The notes under the pieces were generated by a model. The model was not told the origin of the DNA. It saw only the letters and a program-made list of their open reading frames with translations, and made no database searches. From Deltaproteobacteria bacterium (lineage in GTDB: Bacteria > Myxococcota_A > UBA9160 > UBA4427): 64,000 bases of DNA. A program made the position numbers and the translations under genes. Below, one piece after another: positions 1 through 9,729 of this stretch (its first letter is position 1; the number at the start of each line of letters is the position of its first letter). The stretch is from the NCBI GenBank assembly GCA_029261855.1, contig JAJDAN010000011.1, positions 140,646 to 204,645 of the forward strand, read 5' to 3'.

Positions 1-1172
1 TCACCGGTGAAGGCCTTCTCCGTCTGCTCGGGCAGGTTCCAGTAGCCGAGCAGCACGTTCGACCCGCGAATGCACAGCTCGCCTTCTTCGCCGTCGGCGA
101 CGGGTTGCAGGCTCGGATCGAGGACTGCGCCCTCGAGCTGCGAGCAGACCTTCCCGATCGGATACGGCACCGTGCGATCCCCGGGAACGGGCAGCTCGAC
201 CTCGTACCAGGTACAGACGTTCGTCTCCGTGGGACCGTAGAGGTTGTAGTAACGCGGCCCATGCCAGAGTTCGGTCAGGCTCCGCAGATGGCCGACCGGG
301 AACACCTCTCCGGCGAACAGCACCGCACGCAACGCGGAATAGTCCCGCGTCTCGAGCTTCCCGAACTGGCAGAGCATCGCGAGGATCGACGGCGCCGAGT
401 ACCAGACGCTGATCTTCTTGTCGGCGATGAGTTCGGCGAGGGCGACCGGCTCCTTGCCCACGTCCTCGGGAACGATCACGAGACACGCTCCGCTCGAGAG
501 CGACGTGTAGATGTCCAGGATCGACAGATCGAAGTGGAAAGGCGCGTGGGACGAGAAACGGTCCTCGGGAACGGGATGGAAGGTGTCGAGGCACCAGTCG
601 AGAAAGCTGGTCGCGTTCTCGTGGGAAAGCATGACGCCCTTGGGCTTCCCCGTGGACCCCGAGGTGTAGAGGATGTACGCGAGGCCGTCCTGGGGAACCC
701 CACGCGTCTCCGCAGCGGGCGCGGGGTCGTTCGCCTGTAGCGCGTCGAGACGGGCCGCGAGCGCGCGCCCCCCACCGGCCCCATCGAGGACGATCAACGG
801 AGGAAGACGACCGAGCGCCGACAGCTGGGCTTCGAGACCTTCCCGGTAGCAATCCTCGACGATCACGATCTCGACCTTGCAGTCGTCGAGGATGTAGGCG
901 TTGCGCGTCGGCGGTGCCGTCGGGTCGACGGGCACGTAGGCGGCGCCGGCCTTCAGGATGCCGAGGATCGAGGCGACGGTATCGATGGTCTTGTGCACGT
1001 AGAGCCCGACCCGGTCGCCGGGCGCGACTCCAGCGTGCACCAGGCGGTCGCGCATGCGATCGGAAAGGTCCGCCAGCTCGCCGTAGCGAAGGGTCGATCC
1101 GTCGGCCTCTTCGATCGCCGTGCGACGGGCGTGCTCGCTGGAGCTCTGCTCGAAGTACTCGTGCAGGTTCAT
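1..1172 (-). CDS. ANL-superfamily adenylating enzyme, DltA-like carrier-protein ligase (C-terminus lies beyond the left edge)
   Basis: Hand-translated minus frame. It has no stop in the window, so it is absent from the ORF track. N-terminus MNLHEYFEQSSSEHARRTAIEE. Adenylation core motifs LAYILYTSGSTGKPKGVMLSH, YNLYGPTETNVCT and GELCIRGSNVLLGYWNLPEQTEKAF. The ATG at 1172 lies 1 nt after the stop of the upstream carrier-protein gene. Confidence 0.85.
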   Translation of the reverse strand, partial: MNLHEYFEQSSSEHARRTAIEEADGSTLRYGELADLSDRMRDRLVHAGVAPGDRVGLYVHKTIDTVASILGILKAGAAYVPVDPTAPPTRNAYILDDCKVEIVIVEDCYREGLEAQLSALGRLPPLIVLDGAGGGRALAARLDALQANDPAPAAETRGVPQDGLAYILYTSGSTGKPKGVMLSHENATSFLDWCLDTFHPVPEDRFSSHAPFHFDLSILDIYTSLSSGACLVIVPEDVGKEPVALAELIADKKISVWYSAPSILAMLCQFGKLETRDYSALRAVLFAGEVFPVGHLRSLTELWHGPRYYNLYGPTETNVCTWYEVELPVPGDRTVPYPIGKVCSQLEGAVLDPSLQPVADGEEGELCIRGSNVLLGYWNLPEQTEKAFTG

Positions 1173-1173
1173 G

Positions 1174-1428
1174 TCAGAGCTTGGAGCAGACCAGCTTGGT
1201 GATCTCTTCGAGCGTGTTCATGTGCTCTGCGCCGACTTCGTTCGCCTCGAAGGTGACGTCGAACTGCTCTTCGAGAAAGGTGACGAGCTGCATGACGGAC
1301 ACCGAGTCGAGGATGCCCAGGGTCATCATCTCGACCGAATCGGTGAGCTCGTCGGGATCCTCCCCGGGCAGGAATTCCTCGAGGATGTAGTTCTTGATGG
1401 TGCTCTTCACTGCGTTGGGATCGGCCAT
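1174..1428 (-). CDS. Acyl/peptidyl carrier protein, DltC-like
   Basis: Taken from ORF 1174..1482. The internal ATG at 1428 (MADPNAVK) has AAGGAG 6 nt upstream. 84 aa. The phosphopantetheine Ser context is LGILDSVSVMQLVTFLEEQF. Confidence 0.85.
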   Translation of the reverse strand: MADPNAVKSTIKNYILEEFLPGEDPDELTDSVEMMTLGILDSVSVMQLVTFLEEQFDVTFEANEVGAEHMNTLEEITKLVCSKL

Positions 1429-1478
1429 GTGAATCTCCTTCAACTGTGGTTCTGGATCTGGCTTGTCTCGTGGGCGGC

Positions 1479-3392
1479 TCATTCCAGGTAGCCGAGGGCG
1501 CGAAGCCGGGATTCGAGCTCGCTACCCGTCTGCATCTGGCTCGCGTCGAGGCTGTTCGCCTCGTCGCGGTCGAGCGCCTGGTCGAGGGCAGCTTCGAGTG
1601 CGCCTTCGCGCGGGTCGCCCTGCCCCGCGAGGTTCCGTTGCTGTCCCGGATCGCGTCGCAGGTCGTACAGCTCGAAGGGCGCGAGCCGTTCCTGGTCGGT
1701 CTCGCGGGTGCGGATGAGGGTCGCGCCCTGGTTCCGGGCTGCGTCCATGTCGTTGCCCCGACTCTGCAGGGTCGAGAAGCAGAAGCCCGCCGCCTCGGCG
1801 GGCGGCGTTCCGTCACGGCCCAGGACCGGGCGACCGGTCATCTCGCCCGGAACCTCGAGCCCGGCCAGCGACAGCAAGGTCGGCGCCACATCGATCTGCT
1901 GCGTGAGGCCCGGGCGGGTGGTCCCCTTCCCGGCCCCCTTCGGCAACTTCAAGATCAGCGGAATCCGAAGCACCTCCTCGTACAAGGAGTCGCCGTGCCC
2001 CCACGCCGCGTGCTCGTAGATTTCTTCACCGTGATCGGAAGTGAAGGCGATGACGGCGTCCTCGTACAGGTCCAGCTGCCGCAAGCCGTCGACGAGACGA
2101 CCCAGATGTGCGTCCATGAACTCGATATCAGCCGTGTGACCGCGAATCAGCTGCTCCGGCGAGACCGTGTCCGCCGCCGGATGTCCCGGGTTCCCGCTCA
2201 TCGGCCTTCCCTGGACCCGGCCGCCCATGTACGGGCTGTGCGGGTCCATGTAATGGAGCAACGCGAACAGCGGTCGGTGGTCGCGGCGCTCCCGTAGTCT
2301 CTTCAACACGAGGTCGGTATACGCATCGGCCGGCTGGTAGAAATGATGAGCGTTGGCGCCCACCAGCCGCTTCGCCAAGGGCGAGATGGCCTGCCGGTAC
2401 AGGACCAGGGAAGTACCCGACCAGGGAGCCCCGAGCCAGGCGTCCGACGGTGAAAGATCGATGAAGTGCTCGAAGCCCTGATCGAAGTTCGCACCAGACG
2501 AGTTGTTCGGATTGACGTTCGAGTATCCGAGGGTCTCGTAGCCGTGGGCCGCGAAGACCTCTGCAACCGTCGTCGCCCCTTCGGGAAGCTCGGCATCCTG
2601 ATCGAGTGCCGCATGACGCCGGGGCCGCAGCCCCGTCACGATGGACGCGAAGCCGGGCTTCGTCCAGGAGCTCTGCGCGCAGTGGTCGGCGACCAGCACG
2701 CCGTCAGCCGCCAGTGCGTCGAGGGTCGGTGTCCGCGCGGGCGCGTCCCGGTCGTAGAGGTTCAGGTACCGAGCGCCCAGGGTGTCCGCGACGATCAGGA
2801 ATACGTCCGGGGAACCCGGCTTCGCGAGCGCCTCGACAGGCGCATCGACAGGGATCTCGGAGGCCGGCGTCGTGGGCGCCGGGTGTCGCAGAGCCAGGCC
2901 GAGAGCCGCGAGCCCCGACAGGATCAAGGACCCCGCGAACAGGGCGCGCGCCCCGCGCCAGCGCGCGACGGCGACGACTGCAACGGCGAGTGCGAGTCCG
3001 CAGGCGAGGCTCACGCCGACGACCAGCAAGGGGGCGGGTGCCGTCTCCCGCGACGGGGCCACGTCCATATAGAAGCGCGCGCGCCCGACCCACACACCGC
3101 ACAGCAGCAAGGCGCCTGCGAACGCAGGGACCGCGACGTCGTTGGCGTGCAGCGTCCTGCCCGTCGTTCGACCCACGACCCATGCGAGTCCTGGCATCCC
3201 CCAGGCGACCGCGAGGCCGAGGGGCGCGCACGAGAGCGCATAGGCGGTGGCCGCCCAGAGAAGGAGAGGTACCGCAGAGACGTCTGGAGCGCGCGACGAA
3301 AGCCAGCCCGCTTCGGCGACGCCGATCAGGACCCCCGCGCAGCTACCGGCGAGAACGCCTTCGAAGGACGTCCGCAGGCCGCGCGGCGGCAT
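1479..3392 (-). CDS. Polytopic membrane protein with an alkaline-phosphatase-superfamily (sulfatase-like, LtaS/EptA-type) transferase domain
   Basis: C-terminal 637 aa of ORF 1479..4223, starting at ATG 3392 (MPPRGLRTSF). Several N-terminal TM helices are followed by DVFLIVADTLG and FTSDHGEE blocks. The nucleophile position reads SSWTKPGF (Thr, no CxPxR). The ORF upstream of 3392 is Arg/Gly/Pro junk. Confidence 0.75.
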   Translation of the reverse strand: MPPRGLRTSFEGVLAGSCAGVLIGVAEAGWLSSRAPDVSAVPLLLWAATAYALSCAPLGLAVAWGMPGLAWVVGRTTGRTLHANDVAVPAFAGALLLCGVWVGRARFYMDVAPSRETAPAPLLVVGVSLACGLALAVAVVAVARWRGARALFAGSLILSGLAALGLALRHPAPTTPASEIPVDAPVEALAKPGSPDVFLIVADTLGARYLNLYDRDAPARTPTLDALAADGVLVADHCAQSSWTKPGFASIVTGLRPRRHAALDQDAELPEGATTVAEVFAAHGYETLGYSNVNPNNSSGANFDQGFEHFIDLSPSDAWLGAPWSGTSLVLYRQAISPLAKRLVGANAHHFYQPADAYTDLVLKRLRERRDHRPLFALLHYMDPHSPYMGGRVQGRPMSGNPGHPAADTVSPEQLIRGHTADIEFMDAHLGRLVDGLRQLDLYEDAVIAFTSDHGEEIYEHAAWGHGDSLYEEVLRIPLILKLPKGAGKGTTRPGLTQQIDVAPTLLSLAGLEVPGEMTGRPVLGRDGTPPAEAAGFCFSTLQSRGNDMDAARNQGATLIRTRETDQERLAPFELYDLRRDPGQQRNLAGQGDPREGALEAALDQALDRDEANSLDASQMQTGSELESRLRALGYLE

Positions 3393-3686
3393 CAGTCCAT
3401 GCAAGCGATGATCGATCGGACCCGTCCTGGCGGCTCGACGAAGCTGCTGTCGAAGGAATCGGAACTCGTCGACGTAGCGAGTCGAGCGCGCCGGTTGAGG
3501 GAGGTGCCAGGAGGGTTGGTTCGCCGCAGTCCCCGGAGGGTACACGGACGCGCGTCGTGCGCCAGGGTGCGCCGCGCACGGACCGTGACCGATCCGGCGC
3601 CTGCGCCGTACCTCACGTAGGCTCCGTCCCCCGCTCGCCCTACTCGCCCTACTCGCCAAGCCGCACGCCCCCGACACCCCGACCCC

Positions 3687-5018
3687 ATGAACCTCCGAAC
3701 CCTGCTCCCGCTGCTGTTGCTTGCGTGCACCTGGCCGACGCTGACGCGCGCGGACTGCTCGCTGACGACGATCGGCGTCTCGCCGTTGTCGGACTCTGCC
3801 GCGGGCAGCTATCTCGGACGCGCCGGGGGCCTGTATCCCGGTGGCTTCAGCACGCGCCCGGCGTCGCACGAGGCCGCGGGTCTCGCGATCGCGAGCGACA
3901 TCACGCCCCGCGACGCAGCGGGCGACCCCGACGCCGGAGGTCTCATCGTCTTCCTCTCCGTCGGGATGTCGAACACGCGGTCTGCCTTCGACGGATTCCT
4001 CGCACACTCGGAAACGGACGCCGCCCGGGATCCGCGGGTCCTCGTGGTGAACGGGGCCCAGGACTCCCGCACCGCCGAGGACTGGATGAGCCCGTCGTCC
4101 TTTACCTGGGACGTCGCGGACGGGCTCATCGACGACGCCGGCGGCACCCCGGCACAGGTGCAGGTGGCCTGGGTGAAGCTCGCGGACCGCGTCCCCAACG
4201 ACAACGGCGCCTTCCCCGACCATGCCGAGGTGTTGCAGGAAAGGATCGAGGAAGTGTCACGCAGCCTTCGCGTCCGCTACCCCAACCTCCGGATCGCGTG
4301 GTTCTCGAGCCGCACCCGCGCCTACACCGACGATGCGGACCTGCTCAACCCCGAGCCCTTCGCGTTCGAGAGCGGATTCGCCGTCCACTGGATGCTGGAC
4401 AAGCAGCTGGCGGGAGACCCCGCCCTCAACTTCGATCCCGGGGCGGGCCCGGTCATGGCCCCGCTGCTGTCCTGGGGCCCGTATCTCTGGATCGACGGGC
4501 TCGAGGTCCGGTCCGACGGCATGCAGTGGCTTTGCAACGACGTCAGCGCCAGCGATTTCATCCACCCCTCGAACAACGGGGTCGCGAAGGTCGGGGCCCA
4601 GCTGCAAGCCTTCTTCAAGACCGACCCGCTTGCCCGAAGCTGGTACCTGCGTGCGAACGAGACCGGTAGCCCGCCCACCTGCGACGCCACCGCCTCTCCG
4701 ACCCGGGGACCGGCGCCGCTCACCGTCTCGTTCAACGCCAACGCCGGCGACAGCGACGGAACCCTCGTCGAGCACGCCTGGAACTTCGCCGACGGCACGG
4801 GCTCTCTCGCGAGCGCGCCCAGCAAGGTCTTCCACGCCGAGGACAACTACACCACCCACCTCACCGTCAGCGACGACGATGGCAACACGGCTCGGTGCTC
4901 GGTGGTCATCCAGGTCCCGGAGACCCGGGACCTCACCCTCGGCACGGCCGCCCTGCTCTCCCTGGCGCTGCTTTCGACCGGCCTGGCGCAGAGTAGGCCG
5001 CGACCGCACAGACGCTAG
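3687..5018 (+). CDS. Secreted PKD-domain protein with a PEP-CTERM-type C-terminal sorting signal
   Basis: Signal peptide [22 protein letters not shown]. The GMSNT block resembles GQSNM esterases. PKD segment [29 protein letters not shown]...[20 protein letters not shown]. Tail [34 protein letters not shown]. Confidence 0.75.
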   Translation: MNLRTLLPLLLLACTWPTLTRADCSLTTIGVSPLSDSAAGSYLGRAGGLYPGGFSTRPASHEAAGLAIASDITPRDAAGDPDAGGLIVFLSVGMSNTRSAFDGFLAHSETDAARDPRVLVVNGAQDSRTAEDWMSPSSFTWDVADGLIDDAGGTPAQVQVAWVKLADRVPNDNGAFPDHAEVLQERIEEVSRSLRVRYPNLRIAWFSSRTRAYTDDADLLNPEPFAFESGFAVHWMLDKQLAGDPALNFDPGAGPVMAPLLSWGPYLWIDGLEVRSDGMQWLCNDVSASDFIHPSNNGVAKVGAQLQAFFKTDPLARSWYLRANETGSPPTCDATASPTRGPAPLTVSFNANAGDSDGTLVEHAWNFADGTGSLASAPSKVFHAEDNYTTHLTVSDDDGNTARCSVVIQVPETRDLTLGTAALLSLALLSTGLAQSRPRPHRR

Positions 5019-5046
5019 GATCGAGCGGACCCGCGACGAGGACTCC

Positions 5047-5559
5047 GTGAGCTACAGCTACTTCTGCCATCCCCAGGCGCTCGTCGAGAGCGCCCACATC
5101 GGACCGGACACCCGCATCTGGGCCTTCGCGCACGTGCTGCCGGGTGCGCACATCGGAGCGGCCTGCAACATCTGCGACCACGTGTTCATCGAGAACGACG
5201 TGGTGATCGGCGACCGCGTCACGATCAAGAACGGGGTGCAGATCTGGGACGGCATGATCCTCGAGGACGATGTCTTCGTCGGTCCGAACGCGACCTTCAG
5301 CAACGACCCGTGGCCACGCAGCGGCAAGCGCCCGACGGACTGGCCGCGGCTGACCGTGAAGCGCGGCGCGTCCATCGGAGCCAACGCGACCCTGCTGCCG
5401 GGCATCACGATCGGTGAGCGAGCGATGGTGGGAGCCGGCGCCGTCGTGACCCGGTCCGTCGAGGCCGGGGCGGTGGTCGTCGGAAACCCGGCCCGTGTGG
5501 TGCGCTACGCCGACGAGGGCGGCGAGGGCGAAGGCGATAGAGGGGGAGAAGGCGACTGA
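5047..5559 (+). CDS. Left-handed beta-helix (hexapeptide-repeat) sugar N-acyl/acetyltransferase
   Basis: C-terminal 170 aa of ORF 4222..5559 from GTG 5047, with GAGGA upstream. Sequence [36 protein letters not shown] followed by repeated [LIV]G hexapeptides. The upstream part of the ORF is junk. Confidence 0.8.
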   Translation: MSYSYFCHPQALVESAHIGPDTRIWAFAHVLPGAHIGAACNICDHVFIENDVVIGDRVTIKNGVQIWDGMILEDDVFVGPNATFSNDPWPRSGKRPTDWPRLTVKRGASIGANATLLPGITIGERAMVGAGAVVTRSVEAGAVVVGNPARVVRYADEGGEGEGDRGGEGD

Positions 5560-7004
5560 ACGCCCACCGGCGGGCCCGCCGCGCGCATCCCGGCGCGCGG
5601 CAACAACCCCGACCGCTGGAAGGTGTCCTCGATCAGTGCGCGAACGGCGGGCTCGCGCACGAAGGTGAGATGACCGCCCTGGTACCACGCGATGGGCGGG
5701 CTTCCCCAATGCTCGTGCAGATCGCGTACCTGGTCCGGCGGGACCAGGCGGTCCGCCACACCACCGAAGATGGCGCGGCCTTCGGGTGCGACCTTCGGCT
5801 CGAGGACCAGCGGCGAGATCGGGCGGAACACCTGTGAGAAGAGCTCGCGGGTCAGACCCCGATCGTGCAACTCGCGAAGCTGGGTTTCATGCGAGTGCTC
5901 GTAGAGCAATCCCTCGAAGCTCGTCGCCGGAATCCCGGGAATCGCGCACAGCAGGTCCTCGTCGAGGGAGGCCAGCAACGCGGTGTTGTAGCCACCGAGC
6001 GACAGCCCGAGCACACCGATGCCGTAAGGGTCCTGAGCGCGGATCCACGACAACAGCCGGCGCATGTCCCACATGGCCTGGGCCTCGGCATGGACCGAGT
6101 CCAGCGCGTTCGCCCCGAGGAAGCCATCGCCGCTTCGTCGCCCCATCTTGCGCTCGCCGTGGAGCGGCAGCACCGGCAGCAGCATGTTCAGCCCGAGCTT
6201 GCGGTGATACAGCCGAGGGTCGAATGCCCCGAGGTCGACGAGCGGCGACCCCATCTGGTAGCCGTGGACGCAGACCAGCCAGGGACGCGGCGCCCCGGGA
6301 TGGCGGAGCACCCACGCATGGGCGGTGCGGTTCTTCGTGTAGCCGAGCCACCGGTCGCGGCCGGGTTCTTCGGCGTGAGGCTCGTACTCGCTGTCGAAGC
6401 TGAGGTGCTCGAACGCGATGCCGCGGGACCGCGCGGGACGAATGCGCGGCGCATCCAGGGACAGAGGCACGCGGTGGTAGCTCTCGGGCTTGTCGAGCCA
6501 CCCCCGGGCGCCGAACAGCTCGACCGCCTGCAAGGTTTCGACCCGGACGCGGTCTGCGCGCTCGCCGCGCGGAAGCGTGCGAGTCACGTTCATCGTGGAC
6601 AGGATCGCCTCGTCGGCGGCGACCTTCGCCGCCATCGCGGCCCCCCCGCGAACGGGCGGTACCCGCTCGAACGGCGCGAGCCCGCGAAGTGAGAGCTGCC
6701 CGGCGGCCAGGAAGGATGCCGCGGACAGCAAACCCAGTACGACGGCCGGTAGGAAGCCCACGAGCAGGATGGCGGGCAGCGACAGGATCACACCCGCGGC
6801 CGATCCGAGCGCGCAGAACTGCAGCATGCGGCGGTCCTCGGACCACAACAGCTCGCCGGCGCCGGTGGCGACCAACAGGACGCCGGGCACCAGCGCCAGG
6901 ACCAACGCCAGCATCCCCGTCGTGGCGCCGATCCCCAGCCAGCAAAGCCCAGCGAGCATCGGGATCCAGGCCTCGTGAGATCGCCTGCCTTCCTGATCCA
7001 TCAC
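5505..7004 (-). CDS. Membrane-anchored alpha/beta-fold hydrolase
   Basis: ORF 5505..7004. About 4 N-terminal TM helices. Nucleophile elbow GLSLGG. HGYQMG oxyanion-type block. Ser/Pro-rich tail. Confidence 0.8.
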   Translation of the reverse strand: MMDQEGRRSHEAWIPMLAGLCWLGIGATTGMLALVLALVPGVLLVATGAGELLWSEDRRMLQFCALGSAAGVILSLPAILLVGFLPAVVLGLLSAASFLAAGQLSLRGLAPFERVPPVRGGAAMAAKVAADEAILSTMNVTRTLPRGERADRVRVETLQAVELFGARGWLDKPESYHRVPLSLDAPRIRPARSRGIAFEHLSFDSEYEPHAEEPGRDRWLGYTKNRTAHAWVLRHPGAPRPWLVCVHGYQMGSPLVDLGAFDPRLYHRKLGLNMLLPVLPLHGERKMGRRSGDGFLGANALDSVHAEAQAMWDMRRLLSWIRAQDPYGIGVLGLSLGGYNTALLASLDEDLLCAIPGIPATSFEGLLYEHSHETQLRELHDRGLTRELFSQVFRPISPLVLEPKVAPEGRAIFGGVADRLVPPDQVRDLHEHWGSPPIAWYQGGHLTFVREPAVRALIEDTFQRSGLLPRAGMRAAGPPVGVQSPSPPLSPSPSPPSSA

Positions 7005-7075
7005 ACATCAACCTCCACGCGCATGCGAGAGCACCGCCGCAGGATAACAACACCGACGCGGCGGGACCGAGTAGA

Positions 7076-9490
7076 ATGCGGGCCATGGCTTTCGCAAGGT
7101 GGATGGCCTCCGCCCTCGAGAACGAGCCGTCCTGGCCTGACGCGGGATCGCGCCGCGTCGTGCTGCTGCTCGACGCGTCGAGCAGCATCGAGCGTCGGCT
7201 GCTCGACGCCTGGGTGGAGCGCGCCCGCCCGGATCCCGGCGCTGGCAGCCGCGCGAACGCGATCCCGATCCCGCCCTCGCGTCGGCGGCGGTCCGGACGA
7301 CGACTCGACCCTCGGCTGGAAGACGCTCTTGCTTCCGACGATGATCCGCTGCTCGCTCCCCTGCGCGTGGTGTGGCTGCCCGAGCTCGTGGACGGCCGAC
7401 GCGTCGCACGCCTGTCGGACCTGTTGAAGCTCGGCGACCCACGCGACCCCGGCGTCCTGCGGCAGTTCGGCGTGCTGGTGCGGAGACGCGACCGCTGCCG
7501 CATCGTGGCCGGCGAGCCCGCGCGAGCTTCAGAGCTGCGCGCGCGCTGGCGTGAGGCGGGCGGCGCCGATGCCGGACAGACCGGCGGCCTCGCAGAGTTC
7601 GTGTCGCGCATGGCCGCGCTCGCCCTCGAGCGCGCCGAGCGAGCCCTGCGCGGGGCGCGCTACAAGGTTCCTCGCCTCGTGCACGAGGAGATCCTCGACC
7701 GTCCCGCCTTCCGGGGCGGACTGCAGAAGATCGCGAACGAGGAAGACATCTCGCTGTCGCGCGCCAGCAAGAACGCCGGGCGCTACCTGGGAGAGATCGC
7801 CGCTGCGCACAGCCACCTGCTCATCGACCTCGCCTCCGTCCTGATCCGCAAGATCTACACCCGCAGCTACAGCGAAGAGCTTCAGTACGACCGGGAGAAG
7901 CTCGCCGGGATCGCGACCTTGTCCCAGCGTCACCCGGTCGTGTTCCTGCCGACCCACAAGTCCAACCTCGACCATCTGGTGCTTCAGTACATGCTGTACG
8001 AGCACGAACTGCCTCCGAATCACACGGCCGGCGGCATCAACATGAACTTCTTCCCGCTCGGCCAGTTGGTGCGCCGCAGCGGCGTGTTCTTCATCCGTCG
8101 CACCTTCAAGGACAACCCGGTCTACAAGCACGTGCTTCGCAGCTACATCGACTACCTGATCGAGAAGCGCTTCAACCTCGAGTGGTACATCGAGGGGGGA
8201 CGCTCCCGCAGCGGCAAGCTGCTGCCTCCGCGCTTCGGACTGCTCGCCTACGTGGTAGACGCCTTCCGGCGCGGCAAGAGCGACGACGTCTACCTGATCC
8301 CCGTGTCCATCGCGTACGACCTGATCCAGGACGTCGGCTCGTATTCCGCCGAAGCCCAGGGCGGCGCCAAGCAGCAGGAAAGCTTCGGCTGGTTCGTGAA
8401 CTTCATCCGGGGCTTCCGGCAGAAGTCCGGCGAGATCCACATTCGCTTCGGAGACCCGGTTTCCCTGCGCGAGCAACTCGGGCCGCCCGACCCCGGCCGC
8501 CAGCCCGAGCCGGACGAGGAAGAGCTGACGCTTCAGAAGCTCGCCTTCGAGGTGTCGGTGCGGATCAATCAAGTCACGCCGATCACGCCGACTTCACTCG
8601 TGACCCTCGCACTGCTCGGCTGGGGCGACCGCGCGGTGACCGTGTCGGAAGTGCGGGCGAGCATGACGAACCTGCTCGACACCGTGGAGGAGCGAAAGCG
8701 TCCGGCGACCCGCGCGCTCGAACCCCTGCGCCGCGACGCGGGCGTCAAGTCGACCCTCGACGCGCTCGTCGAGTGCAAGGTCGTCAACTGCTACGCAGCC
8801 GGGCCCGAAGCCGTCTACGTGATCGACCGCGGGCAGGAGCTGACCGCCGCCTACTACAGAAACACCGTGATCCATTTCTTCATCACGAGCGGGATCTGCG
8901 AGCTGGCCCTGCTGAGAGCCGCCGAGGTGCGCCCGAGCGATGGCGATCCCGTCGCGTCCTTCCTCGACGAGACCATGGGGCTGCGCGATCTGTTCAAGTT
9001 CGAGTTCTTCTTCGCAGAGAAGGAGGCCTTCCGCGCCGAGATCCGCGACGAGATGCAGTTGCAGGACCCGCGCTGGGAAGAGCTGCTCGAAGAGGGCCCC
9101 GAGGCGATCCACAGCCTCGTCCAACGGATGCGCCCCTTCAGCTCGCATCGCACCCTGCGCCCGTTCCTCGAGAGCTACCAGGTGGTCGCCGAAAACCTCA
9201 CCCGATGGGACGTCGACGCCGAGCTCTCGGAGACGCGCTTCCTGGACGAGTGCCTCGCTCTGGGTCGTCAGCGCCTGTTGCAACGCCGCATCCACAGCGG
9301 CTCGTCGGTCTCGAAGGTGCTGTTCCAGACCGCGCTCAAGCTGGCGCGAAACCGCGGGCTGGTGGACCCGGGCTCGCCGGGACTCGCCGAGCGGCGCGAA
9401 GAGTTCGCGGTCGAGATCCGTGACGCGCTGCGGCGCGCCGAAGCGATCGCCGCGCTGGCGGCGAGCCGACGCACGGGCCTGATCCCGTAA
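7076..9490 (+). CDS. plsB: Glycerol-3-phosphate acyltransferase
   Basis: In-frame ATG 7076 within ORF 6689..9490. HX4D acyltransferase motif PTHKSNLDHLVL. Also FFIRRTF and EGGRSRSGKLLPP blocks. About 800 aa, which is PlsB-sized. Confidence 0.85.
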   Translation: MRAMAFARWMASALENEPSWPDAGSRRVVLLLDASSSIERRLLDAWVERARPDPGAGSRANAIPIPPSRRRRSGRRLDPRLEDALASDDDPLLAPLRVVWLPELVDGRRVARLSDLLKLGDPRDPGVLRQFGVLVRRRDRCRIVAGEPARASELRARWREAGGADAGQTGGLAEFVSRMAALALERAERALRGARYKVPRLVHEEILDRPAFRGGLQKIANEEDISLSRASKNAGRYLGEIAAAHSHLLIDLASVLIRKIYTRSYSEELQYDREKLAGIATLSQRHPVVFLPTHKSNLDHLVLQYMLYEHELPPNHTAGGINMNFFPLGQLVRRSGVFFIRRTFKDNPVYKHVLRSYIDYLIEKRFNLEWYIEGGRSRSGKLLPPRFGLLAYVVDAFRRGKSDDVYLIPVSIAYDLIQDVGSYSAEAQGGAKQQESFGWFVNFIRGFRQKSGEIHIRFGDPVSLREQLGPPDPGRQPEPDEEELTLQKLAFEVSVRINQVTPITPTSLVTLALLGWGDRAVTVSEVRASMTNLLDTVEERKRPATRALEPLRRDAGVKSTLDALVECKVVNCYAAGPEAVYVIDRGQELTAAYYRNTVIHFFITSGICELALLRAAEVRPSDGDPVASFLDETMGLRDLFKFEFFFAEKEAFRAEIRDEMQLQDPRWEELLEEGPEAIHSLVQRMRPFSSHRTLRPFLESYQVVAENLTRWDVDAELSETRFLDECLALGRQRLLQRRIHSGSSVSKVLFQTALKLARNRGLVDPGSPGLAERREEFAVEIRDALRRAEAIAALAASRRTGLIP

Positions 9491-9652
9491 GGCGCTCCGC
9501 CCGGACCCGAAGCAGCGGTTCCAAAAGAGGAAGCGGACTTCCCACCCGGGCCCCCGGGCCCGACACCGAGCGGTTTCTCGCGTGAGCAGCTTCCGCGTGC
9601 AAGCCCGGGCGCGCGCAACGGCTTCCTGCGCGTCCCGCCGCAGGGGGGTGGC

Positions 9653-9668
9653 TGGCAAGGCGCTTGCA
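9653..9668 (+). promoter_or_regulatory. Candidate sigma-54 (RpoN) -24/-12 promoter
   Basis: TGGCAAGGCGCTTGCA matches TGGCAC-N5-TTGCA with correct GG/GC spacing. It lies 62 nt upstream of the ATG at 9730, inside a 239-bp intergenic region. Confidence 0.45.
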
Positions 9669-9729
9669 ACCCTCTTGGCCAGAGTCGGCGACTGCTTCGG
9701 GAAGGGCGATCGGCGATTCCGGAGGTTGG

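Noticed and set aside
3393-4223. An N-terminal extension of the sulfatase-like ORF (914 aa in the track). The long upstream extensions of the ORFs for plsB, psd, the PAS kinase (to 43913), the hybrid kinase (to 19057), GST and the c554-like cytochrome are similar cases.
   Set aside because: The upstream parts are low-complexity junk that overlaps neighbouring genes. Internal starts with Shine-Dalgarno sequences, start/stop coupling or plausible signal peptides fit better.
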